Shown here: in pieces, positions 33,701 through 42,600 of the stretch
How the letters are laid out: every line of letters starts with the position of its first letter
How positions within the stretch are numbered: the first letter of the stretch is position 1
Source: Lama guanicoe
Lineage: Eukaryota
Reading direction: 5' to 3'
Length of the DNA: 64,000 nucleotides
NCBI GenBank assembly: GCA_013239625.1
Contig: MU053934.1
Location: 5,288,399-5,352,398, forward strand
Made by a program: the position numbers and the translations under genes
The notes under the pieces: model-generated
Database searches by the model: none
What the model saw: the letters and a program-made list of their open reading frames with translations, nothing else
Told to the model about the DNA's origin: nothing

Positions 33701-36696
33701 ATTAAGTTTAATTTTAATTTTAAAATTAATTAATTTCAAAAATCAAAACCACCTAATAACAGACTAACCTCAAGCATAGCTTAAAAGAAGGTTATAAGGG
33801 CAGATCTTTGGTACTGGATAAATTGACTTGTTGTCACCTACAGTTTGTTTAGGGGACATTTATCCTGAAAAATCACTTGTGGCGTACACTGACAAGCTTA
33901 TGTTGTCAATTGTCATTTATAAAACAGTGCTCTGAGCTATTTCTCCAATCATTCATTCTCTATAAAGAACCACGGTGAAACTGCTGGTTTTCATTCTTCA
34001 GGGTTTCCATGGTAAAACCACAGAACGTTTCCACTGCTGCTGCCAGTAGCATATCTATTTTTTTGTGTGTGTTTTTTTTTTTAACTGAAGTGTAGTTGAT
34101 TTACAGTGTTAGCTTCAGGTATACAGCAAAGCGATTCAGCTATAGATATGCATAGTTTTTTTCAGATTCTTTTCTGTTATGTTTTATTACAAGAAATTGA
34201 ATATAGTTCTCTGCATAGCACAACTTTTTAAAGCTATTCCAATAGTAGTGTTTCCCTTCCCAAAAATGAACTGAAATGTTGAATTGACAGCCTCAGTAAA
34301 CCTAGTTAAGATCTTGATGTAAATAAATTAACCAGAGCGAATAAGCAGAATTGTTCATCTGAGTGGTAGGTGAAGGAGGCCAGCCCTGGTCACTGAGCAT
34401 CCTGATGGTGAGAGTTTGACTCAGGTGAGCAACTGTAACCTTTGGTCATGTTGGCTGAGGGCAGCAGAGGGCACAGAGAAGTAGGTGGGAAAAGAGCCTC
34501 ATGCTAAGAGGGTCAGAGTAGGAGGAAGACGTCGGAGTAGCGCGTGGGCTGGGTCAGCCATCAGCGTTCTGCATCGTTAGATGGTTAGCAGCGCCTTTCT
34601 GGTTTGTGTCTTTCTCTTCAGCTCTTTGTGAGATCAGAAGAAGATTACATTAATAATGATGCTGAGAACCTTGCATGTTTTCTTAAGTTCTTACTTGGTT
34701 ACCATCTTATTTCTGCCTTTTAAGGCTCTACCAATTGGTACAGGTTCACTTGTTTACCTCTTAAGTAAAAAAGACTACAGGTTGAACCATATACTTTTGA
34801 GCTGTATGTATGCAAAGTTTTTTATCTGTAAAAAGGGCATGTTAGATCTGAGCCCAGTGTTTTGAATAGCTTAAGATTTACCTTTAAGACCTCTGTAAGG
34901 GAGCAGGGTATATAGCTCAGTGGTAGAGTAAGTGCTTAGCATGCACAAGGTCCTGGGTTCAATTCCCAGTACTTCCCTTAAAAAAATACAAACAAGCAAA
35001 CAATCCTAGTTACTTCCCCCAGCCCCTGCCTCCTCCCCAAAAAGAGCTCTGTATTCAGTGCACTCTTTCCCTGCCTCAAGTTCCTCATTCATGTCTCCAA
35101 GACTTACTTAGTTCTGATACTAATATTTATAAACTGGAAGTCCTTCTCATCTTCAAATACAAGAAGGGTCACTTGCCTTCCTTTCCCACCCCATCTCCAG
35201 TTTCTATCTCATGAATGTCATTACTCCTTAGATTGATGGGTCAACCTTGAGAACCATCTGCATGCAGCATGGCCCACTGCTGACATTCCATCTGAACCTA
35301 ACCCAGGGCACTGCCCTGATCCGATACAGCACCAAACAGGAGGCAGCCAAGGCCCAAACTGCACTGCACATGTGAGTACCCACCTTACACTCCCTGAGAC
35401 AAACACACGTGAGGAGGCACGTGAGTATTTGGGCACCTGCTTAATTAAGATGCACAAGAACACGCCCACAAATGGTGTCAGCACGTAAGCAGTTGCTTGA
35501 GTACGGAGGTGGCTGATCTCTTCTATCTGTGTAAGCATGAATTGTCCTGTGTGTGTGTGTGATAATCAGAATTCCAAAAGTGATGAGTTTAAAGCAGTAA
35601 GTCTTTAGTATTGTAAAAACAAAGCCAATATTTATGCAAATGTGAAGCCCTGTAAGTGCTGTCCCTTTTCCTTATAGAACCTAGCTGCTTACTTGGGCCT
35701 ATTGTGGGTGGTGGTGAAATATGATGGTCTCAGTGGGTAGCAGGGGTTCCACCCAGAGTAGATGGGACTGGATCAGACTGTGACAATCCTCATCCCTGCC
35801 ACTGTCAAGCTGGTGTGAACAGGAAAGAACTGACTCCCTGTGGCTGCAGATGCCATGACAGAAAGGTACCCAGAGAACAAGCAAGTGATGGTGCGCCTCC
35901 GGCAGTGAGCCAGCCCCGAGACAAAGCAGCACTTCTCATGTCTGAAGCTGGGTCACCTTGATGCTTGGAGTGTGACCTTTTACCCCCAAGGGGAAAAAAG
36001 AGATGACATTTTACTCGACATGGAAATTCCATATTCCGAGGGAAACTGATACATAGTATCCTCCAGTAGTCTTGGGATATCTTGAGAGTTGGTGATGCCT
36101 ACGTGCTCTAAATCAGTACTTCTCAGTCACTGGTGGTCCAGTTAGAATGCAGGTTCTGATGCTGTGATTCTGAAAAGCATCCAGGAGATACAGAAGCTAC
36201 TAGTCGAAGTACCACACTTTTGAGTAGTGAGGACTCAAACACTCAGTCCCTAAGCCTGCTTTAGGACTTTCTTCAAATCCATGGTTCTTTCCCTCCCCTT
36301 TTTTCCAGGTGTGTGTTGGGAAACACTACCATCCTGGCTGAGTTTGCCACCGATGACGAAGTTAGCCGCTTTCTGGCACAAGCTCAGCCCCCTACACCTG
36401 CGGCAACGCCGAATGCGCCCGCGGCGGGTTGGCAGTCCCTGGAGACCGGCCAGACCCAGCCGGACCCTGTCGGGCCTGCCCTGAATCTGTTTGGTGGGTC
36501 CACAGGGCTCGGGCAGTGGAGCAGCAGTGCTGGTGGCAGCAGCGGGGCCGACCTTGCTGGCGCTTCGTTGTGGGGGCCCCCAAACTATTCTTCTAGCTTG
36601 TGGGGAGTCCCAACTGTGGAAGATCCCCATAGGATGGGCAGCCCTGCTCCTTTACTACCTGGTGACCTTCTGGGAGGAGGGTCGGATTCAATCTGA
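2041..36696 (+). CDS. TNRC6B: TNRC6B (GW182 family), spliced 3' part of CDS: join(2041-2115,2966-3011,4367-4515,5589-5759,9925-10050,18071-18202,18469-18564,18723-18912,24849-24986,27157-27333,28617-28763,29017-29112,31462-31686,32141-32211,35232-35371,36309-36696); 5' exons lie upstream of the window
   Basis: 16 exons, all with AG/GT boundaries and compatible phases, sum to 2367 nt = 788 aa + TGA. The translation matches recalled TNRC6B (PAM2 [21 protein letters not shown]-terminus [15 protein letters not shown]). ADSL immediately downstream is the known synteny. Confidence 0.97.
2966..3011 (+). CDS. TNRC6B: TNRC6B exon 2 in window, [15 protein letters not shown](G)
   Basis: tttattttcag| acceptor, TAG|gtgtgt donor, 46 nt, phase 0-1. 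Confidence 0.92.
4062..4170. repeat. Two-copy tandem duplication, period ~56 bp
   Basis: acaagc(aat/gac)agctgatacat(a/g)ttgtggggtttttg...gtgtgtgt begins at 4062 and at 4118. Confidence 0.9.
4367..4515 (+). CDS. TNRC6B: TNRC6B exon 3 in window, (G)[19 protein letters not shown]...GPYFEK
   Basis: cttttcag| acceptor, AAG|gtgagt donor, 149 nt, phase 1-0. Confidence 0.95.
5589..5759 (+). CDS. TNRC6B: TNRC6B exon 4 in window (probable cassette exon), [10 protein letters not shown]...QNFAARQ
   Basis: cttttcag| acceptor, CAA|gtaagg donor, 171 nt symmetric phase 0-0; peptide matches recalled long TNRC6B isoform. Confidence 0.9.
7436..7553. repeat. (TA)n microsatellite, ~118 bp, with a short CA/TG interruption
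   Basis: Directly visible. Confidence 0.99.
7630..7770 (+). mobile_element. Artiodactyl-type LINE-1 3' end
   Basis: atagcacagagaactata...gtataactgagtcactttgctgtacacctaaaactaacacaacac...cttcaataaa matches the recalled L1 3' terminus. Confidence 0.8.
9925..10050 (+). CDS. TNRC6B: TNRC6B exon 5 in window, [13 protein letters not shown]...PQFISPQ
   Basis: ctgtttgcag| acceptor, CAG|gtaagc donor, 126 nt, phase 0-0. Confidence 0.95.
11950..13265. mobile_element. Degraded LINE-2 fragments interrupted by a MER3-like element
   Basis: cagcagcatttgacacggttgatcactccc and tctccagcccaaatctctc are L2-like; boundaries approximate. Confidence 0.65.
12665..12830. mobile_element. MER3-like hAT-Charlie non-autonomous DNA transposon
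   Basis: cgctgtcca...tagccattagcc...gagcacttgaaatgtg...gttagtggccactacatggacagcg with inverted ends. Confidence 0.7.
13670..15030 (-). mobile_element. Ancient LINE-1 (L1ME-like) 3' fragments, discontinuous
   Basis: aataatgctg...gagatttctaggtcaaag and ggttgtttccagatttttgctattac...gctgtgaat are old L1 3' motifs; unique DNA lies between the pieces. Confidence 0.55.
15323..15640. mobile_element. MER33-like hAT-Charlie element
   Basis: gcactgtcc...agaaat...ttaacccaatatatctaaattattatcatttcaac...caagtgttcaatagcc. Confidence 0.7.
15655..16125. mobile_element. MaLR solo LTR (MLT1-like)
   Basis: gcttaaagcaacagaaatt...ctctcaca.gttctagagggtagaagtctgaaatc...cagtcattggattaggaccc...aataaggtcacat. Confidence 0.8.
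17266..17621 (-). mobile_element. 5'-truncated artiodactyl-type LINE-1 inserted into a MIR, with ~16-bp target-site duplication
   Basis: ttttttattgaagtatatagttgatttaca... is an L1 3' end; flanks caggcagtctgcctct (17250-17265) and caggccatctgcctct (17622-17637). Confidence 0.85.
18071..18202 (+). CDS. TNRC6B: TNRC6B exon 6 in window, [13 protein letters not shown]...IPQFQL
   Basis: ttttggctag| acceptor, TTG|gtaagt donor, 132 nt, phase 0-0. Confidence 0.95.
18469..18564 (+). CDS. TNRC6B: TNRC6B exon 7 in window, Q-rich [32 protein letters not shown]
   Basis: ctgttttgtag| acceptor, CAG|gtgcgt donor, 96 nt, phase 0-0. Confidence 0.95.
18723..18912 (+). CDS. TNRC6B: TNRC6B exon 8 in window, LARMVSAL-Q10-RHPSMK...GYGS(G)
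   Basis: cctcccccacag| acceptor, CTG|gtaagt donor, 190 nt, phase 0-1. Confidence 0.95.
18747..18776 (+). repeat. Pure coding (CAG)10 polyglutamine repeat
   Basis: Directly visible in TNRC6B exon 8 of the window. Confidence 0.98.
20900..21700 (+). mobile_element. Fossil hAT (Charlie/Buster-type) transposase fragment
   Basis: 21538-21567 translates [10 protein letters not shown]; from 21069 NKLNL*...[14 protein letters not shown]; frame broken by stops; AT-rich; boundaries uncertain. Confidence 0.65.
24849..24986 (+). CDS. TNRC6B: TNRC6B exon 9 in window, FSSGGMDYG...ESRFKQW...HKN(G); includes CIM-1-like CCR4-NOT binding motif
   Basis: ccattttag| acceptor, ATG|gtaaga donor, 138 nt, phase 1-1. 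Confidence 0.95.
27157..27333 (+). CDS. TNRC6B: TNRC6B exon 10 in window, [11 protein letters not shown]...SNASWPP(E); N-terminal part of PAM2
   Basis: ctcttttcgcag| acceptor, CAG|gtatcg donor, 177 nt, phase 1-1. Confidence 0.95.
28617..28763 (+). CDS. TNRC6B: TNRC6B exon 11 in window, (E)[24 protein letters not shown]...DNTT(G); PAM2 core
   Basis: cttgtctcag| acceptor, CAG|gtaaac donor, 147 nt, phase 1-1. Confidence 0.96.
29017..29112 (+). CDS. TNRC6B: TNRC6B exon 12 in window, [17 protein letters not shown]...VHSTS
   Basis: AAG acceptor (catccaaag|), CAG|gtatga donor, 96 nt, phase 1-1. Confidence 0.92.
31462..31686 (+). CDS. TNRC6B: TNRC6B exon 13 in window, KFPDYKSTW...PRPPPGL...[16 protein letters not shown] motif at 31584-31598
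   Basis: tcttcttacag| acceptor, CGG|gtgaga donor, 225 nt, phase 1-1. Confidence 0.95.
32141..32211 (+). CDS. TNRC6B: TNRC6B exon 14 in window, [23 protein letters not shown]; start of RRM
   Basis: cacttatag| acceptor, CAG|gtaatc donor, 71 nt, phase 1-0. Confidence 0.95.
34072..34213 (-). mobile_element. Short artiodactyl-type LINE-1 3' end
   Basis: poly-T then aactgaagtgtagttgatttacagtgttag...tacagcaaagcgattcag. Confidence 0.8.
34899..35041 (+). mobile_element. tRNA-derived SINE (camelid Vic-1-like) with target-site duplication
   Basis: A box tagctcagtggt, B box ggttcaattccc, A-rich then C-rich tail; flanks aagacctctgta (34886-34897) and aagagctctgta (35042-35053). Confidence 0.85.
35232..35371 (+). 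CDS. TNRC6B: TNRC6B exon 15 in window, [21 protein letters not shown]...AQTALH(M); RRM core
   Basis: ctccttag| acceptor, CAT|gtgagt donor, 140 nt, phase 0-2. Confidence 0.96.
36309..36696 (+). CDS. TNRC6B: TNRC6B terminal exon, coding part, [12 protein letters not shown]...LLGGGSDSI*
   Basis: ccttttttccag| acceptor, phase 2, stop TGA at 36694-36696; W-containing GW/LWG motifs typical of the GW182 silencing domain. Confidence 0.97.
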
Positions 36697-39600
36697 ACTT
36701 AGAACTTTCAACTCTGACCTCGTGACCTTTTTTGGAACAGCAGCAGCACTAACTTGACCTTTTCGTTTTTTTTTTCAACTTGCAATAAATACATTTTTAA
36801 AAGGAAAAAAGAAAACGGAGAGAGAAAAAAAGGTGGGTCATTGACAGACTGTCTGAGCACATAGTTGCCTCCCTTATAACTTCAGTTTTTCGTTTGGAAT
36901 ATGAATCCAAAAAGAGAACATATCACTCTTGAAATACTTGAATCATGAACGCCAACCTAGAAAGACAATGTGAAGCAAGTACACATACCATTTAAATTTA
37001 AACACAAAAAAATTAAAAAAATTAGTTTCTAGTTTTTCACTTTTTTCATGTTATATGGAAGTTGTTGCTAAGAAACATATATACTGAAAAAAATAGCTTT
37101 TTAACTTTGTTTGCACTGGGTGTGTTTCCGTCCTTAGGTCTACCATGTTTGGGAGGGAGGGGAATTCAAAAGAATTGTTGGGGTGGGGGGAGGGAAGACT
37201 TGACGGAGCCTCACTTTAAAAACAAAAACACAAAAAACCTAAAAAAAAAAAAAAGGAAAAAATTTGTGATTGGCTGGTTGATAAATACCAGTGTGTTCTG
37301 GCACATGTAACTGCCCAGGCATGCTCGTTCTGGTATGTGTGTGCACGTGTGTTCATGTGCATTCGCGTGCATCCTGCTCTCTGTCTCTGTGTGTGTGTGC
37401 CCGTGTCCTCCTCCTCTTCCCCGCCCCGATTTCTCAGAAAGCTGCATTGCTGACAGTCCGCAGGCTGGCTGGCCGGCCATCTGCTTTTTATTTTTATTTT
37501 ATTATTTTTTTTATCTATGAGAACACAGGAGCATGGGGAGCCACTGCTACGAAAGCAACCCCGTTGGGCTGTCTGGAGGTGAACAGAGTGCTTTTTAATG
37601 ATGAAAGCAGGGAGCTCCTTTACATTTGCAAAGTAGCCTGAGTGTGAGTTTTCTGTAGCTTTTCTTTTGACCTAGCAGTAGAGTGGAGCACTGCCACGTC
37701 CCAAAAATTAGGAGAGCAGGAGGTACCTCTTGGAGCAACTGTGTGTTTACTTATTTCTGTGTTTTAAAGTAAGTGGTGGCCGCTAGGCACATCTGAATAC
37801 CTGTCCAGTTTCATGCTGGCCTTTTTGTTAGTTTGAATGGGAACAGATGACAAGATAGTTTCTAATGATGTGGTGTTTCAAAAGCAGAAAAATCGCGTTC
37901 CCCCTTTCTTGTGTAATCAGGTATGAGAAATTCATCAGAAAGTCAGGTAATGCTGAATTAAAATTTTCTATTGGTTCTCTTTTTCATTTTCTGGAAACAG
38001 AAAAAGCTAAGTGTTGAGCAGCCTCCTGAAAGCACCTGCAGCCCCTCCCTCTCTGCTCCTCTCTTGCTGAGCGTTACCTGTGCCAGGCCATGGCGTGTTA
38101 CAGCACCAGGCCATCACTGACAGAAACGTTTACTTAACGAATGTTCTTAAACCAGTGTGTACTTCAAGCGTTTCCTTTTGTTTCTCTGTGTTGTGTATTT
38201 CCTGTGTATGTGGTTTTGCTTAGGCAGGTATAACTTAGCAAAGACTTTTAAGTATTGCACCTTTTTTTGGTTTTGACCCCCACCCCCTGTTTTTTTTCCT
38301 TGTAATGTTGCTTTTTTAATTTCGGTATTTAAAGACTTTTTGTTGTTGTTTTAAGCATCAATGTAGTAGTACTCTGGGCCGAATAGGGGGCAACTTTTAA
38401 TCCACAGTTATCACCAACATGTATGTACTTATGTTGGAATCAAAATGTATCAAACTGCTTTTTGTGAAGAGTTACAGCAGACCTGAAGGGGTACCCCTTT
38501 ATACAAAGCAGATGGCTGGCGGGGCGGGTGGGGGGTGGGGGGGAACGTATGCCGGTAACGTGCTAGCACTTGTGTGGACGTCCCAGTCTGCATTATACTG
38601 TTTAACATAAAGTGCCGACATTCTGTACCAGCAAATACCTGCCCATTCCAACCCTTGGTGGGAGCAGACCTCTACTGTCCTCCGTAACTTGCTGCTAGTG
38701 AGGACAAGGGAGTTTTTCTTTCTTTAGCATCTTCAGTGAAGGATACAACAATGCCTAATACATTTGACTTTTAGCTTGTGTTGTGTGGAGGTGGGTGGGT
38801 GGGTGTGTATAGGGAAAGGCAAAAACGAATTATTTGCATTTAAGTGGTTTTGTGAGACAATGGGAATTCTATAGTCCTCTCGGCTTACCCTGTTGATGAT
38901 AAACCTAGCCTCAAAAGAGATTGACGTGCATAATTCAAGTGAGCATTTGCTCACGTAAGTCTTTGTGTGAACCCTTTGTGGGTAGGTGGTCAAACTTGAG
39001 TTTCCAGCGTTGGTTTGGTCCCATTAGATGCCTTGTAGCAAACTAACTGTGCCCTCCGGCTTCATCACCACCATGCTCGTTCCACCTCTGCCCATGTACA
39101 AAATGTCTCCTTCCAACCCCCATGGACTGCTCTCTGCAAGGGGGCATGAACCCTGTCATGTGTGGTGACCTCCACATGGAGAGCCGCGGTGTCAGACATC
39201 TACAGAAGGCGAAATCTCAGTGTCCCTGGGCCAGGAGCATGGCCCGCGGCTCCCTCGAGCCAGTGGTGACCCTCTCCACTGGCGCGGCAGGCTCCCTGCC
39301 GTGTCCTGCCCCACCCTCCCCCTTCCTGCCTGTTGGTTCCTTGACCTGCACTATCGGTTAGTTGAGGTCCTTATGATACTACGGTGAAAGCCGGGTGCTA
39401 GAGCCCCTCTTGTTTACAAGACATAATGAGGGATTTGAAATATGTAAAAATAAACATGAGAAGCTAAAATGTTCTTCCATCATAAGCTTAAAGGGAAAAA
39501 AATCAAAAACTTAAAAAAAGACCAAAAAGTGCGTATATATATACATATAAATATATATTTTAGATGAAGACTAACTCTGGGAGCATTTAACAGTGTTTTT

Positions 39601-42600
39601 TGTTTTTGTTTTTAACATTTATTTTCCTGCTTTAAAATTTGCAAGCATTCTCAGGAATTCTAGGGTAGGAAGCCAGTTTTTGGAAGATGGTTTATTTAAC
39701 CGTATCTTATCCTAGATAGACGGCTGTTTCTTTCCTGTTAATAAACTTTTACAAGTTCCTGAAACTTCAAAAAGTTTAAGCAATTTTTACTTACGAAATA
39801 TGTAAAAAGAAAAGTCTCCAAACGTTATTGTCATACTGGGGATCACACATTTTAAAACACGTAGAAAGAAATATTTTTTAAAAATTATCAATTTAGCAGC
39901 AACAGGTAAATTCACTATCTTAAAAAATATGGGAGAAGGATTAAGCTTTATAAGAGCTCTATCATGGATTCATTTGAAATTGTGTATAATTTAACGGGAG
40001 AGTGTTTGGTGTATATAAATGGGAATGCCATCACTTTATTCCTTTCCATTTAAGACTGAACCCAAATCTCCCCTAGGAACTTTTGTTTTTATTTTTTTAA
40101 AGGAACCTTTCTCCCTGTCTCTCCAACCCCAGCAACAAAAGAAAGGAAGAGAAAGAAACAACAGCTAAAAAATAGTAAAAAGTAACTCTAATCTGTAACA
40201 TAGTACGGTTGGATTGCTGAGAATCTATGTAAAGAGTTAGGAAATATAGGTTAATAATTTTTGAAACAAATTTTAAATGTAGGCATTACTAGAGGACAAA
40301 TATCTATGGACTGTTCTATTAATGAAGAATGTCTGTCTTACCTCCGTCTGTGATAGGGAGGAGGAGAAAATAGTAGAAGAATCTAATAAGGAACAAGTGA
40401 TTTTACTTTTTTAGCTCCCAGCTACTGTTGTGCTCATTTTAATTGCTGTTTTGAAGATCTGCTGCTTAATTATCCCCATCCCTCAGCCGGAGGTGTGGAG
40501 TATTTCCTTTCAGTTTTTGGTGATGTCGAATTCTCCTTTTGTATTCCCTCCTGGGGCCAGGGGTTAGAATTCCCAAACATGACCACAGCTTCTTTTAAAC
40601 ATCTGAGCTTCCCAGTGGGGAAGAGACTCCAGCTCGATAGGTGAAGGGAGTGGGTGGGGTTGCTGCCTGCAATTTCTTTAAAACCGCTTTAGTGCCTTCG
40701 TACATACACCCAGACATCCTACGCAGGGGGAACGCGCGTGTATGTGCTTGTGGTCCAGTCGCTCCACAGACAGTAAGATGCTGGCCCATTATGGAAGTCG
40801 GAGTAGTTCTGGACAGGTTCTGGACAGCCCAGAGACAGTGGTCTACATTTAAAATAAACAAACAGAAGTCAAGGAAGTTAAGTACGCTTTTATGTCTTGA
40901 GCATGTGGAACGCCAAGCTCCTTCCCTGCGCTGTTCCCCTCCGCTACTGTGTGCATTTGCAGTGACTTGGAAAGTGTCTTTGTGTCAGGCCAATAGAAAG
41001 GGGTTCCTATTTCTCTGCTCTTGTCCTTTGTCGGCTCCCTTTCCCTCAACCCCCTTTTTCTCGTCAAGTTGCCGGAAGCTTTGCTTTATTGGTTGGCAGT
41101 GACCTAAGAACAGGATATAGTGAGGATGTAATAGAAGAGAAAAACTTTCCCTTCCTCTGTATTCTTTGGCAAGAGCCATGTCTGCTGAGAGAGTAGGTGG
41201 CTTCAATACACTTAGAAAATCCGGTGGGAGTATCTTCTCTTCCACCACATTCTGGCGTGTGTACAGGGCTTGCCGGTCACCTCTCATTTACGGAGGTTTT
41301 CTTTATAAACGCTTGGATCATGTGAATTTGAGCTTTCCAATTTTTAACAGTTTTTCTGTGTTGTTGTTTTTTTTTTTAAACACTTGATTACTAGTGGCTA
41401 GGAGTATCCATCTCTCAGACATCGCAAACTTGGTTTCTGTCTACCACATCAGCAGCCAAAGAAAAGAAGCACTAGTAGGGAAAGGGATGTCTTCCATCAG
41501 ACCGGGGACCTCTGCTGGCAGCTGAGATCCAGTGCCATGACCTGATTTTCGGTGTTCAAAAAATACAGATCTCCGAGACACTGTGAAGAAATGAGTGGCC
41601 CACGTGGCATCTCTGATCCCTCAGTCCCTAGCCTGTTTTTCAGTACAACGTGCACAGAAGTTAACTTAACAGTGCTGCAAGTCAAGGTTCCAAACCAAAA
41701 TTTTTTTTATCAGTGTCCCCCCACAGTAAATCAGCATTACGCATTGATTGCCATTCAATCAATTTTATTTATAGCAGCTTGATTTTCTATTACTGTGGCT
41801 CCTGATCTAAAAACTTTCCCACCTCTTCTGACATGAATGTAGCATAAATTAGCAACTGGCTCTTCCAAGTTCCTGTGGGTTTAGTGTGATGTATAAAACA
41901 TGCAAAAAAGAAAAGAAAGAAAAAAGAAAGGAATAAAAAGAAATTGCTAAGAATTTGGAAGAGCTGTTGTAATATATCTAGCAGAAACTAGAATTTCACA
42001 GGCTATTAACTGGTTGCAAATATTCACTCTCACTCTCACCACTTTTTTGGGAGTGGGAGGGGGAGACAGTTTTTGTAAGGTTAACAGCCAGATTCCACAT
42101 TGACCTCAGATGCTGTGTACTTTCTAGTTTTATTTTTTATATTCTGCCATCTGCCATCTTGACTCTTCTCTCAAACAGAATGAAGATGTCTGTGAGCTGA
42201 GCAAAACGCTTAGGCCAAGCCTGTTCTCCTTTGCGGTGTAAACAGGATGTTTTCCTCGGATTTGGCTGTAAGAGCCATCTCCCAGATTAGGGAACAATTG
42301 AGTCTTTACGTTGAAAAGGTCCCCTTCTCCCCCATCCCCAGAGTTCACATTCAACATGTAACACGCTGTAGGTTACTGTTTTGAGTTTTTGGGTTTTTTT
42401 CCTTTTGTTTTGATTATGTATAAAGTCCTTAGGAGTAGAGATACATTTTTAGCTGGTTTAAAAAAAAAATCAAAACTTTTTCTTCCCCAGTGTGTTGCCA
42501 AGTTTTATCAGACTTCATGACTATGCATTAATGACACTTCTTAGTGTTACTACAAAAAGAAGTCTTGTTCTTTAATTGCTTTCCCTCCCGTGAACGTACA

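Noticed and set aside
34899..34975. tRNA gene
   Set aside because: No complete cloverleaf or acceptor stem; has a SINE tail and TSD
36694..36702. Stop-codon readthrough of TNRC6B
   Set aside because: Context is TGA-ACT-TAG: not the TGA-CTAG motif, and a second stop follows two codons later
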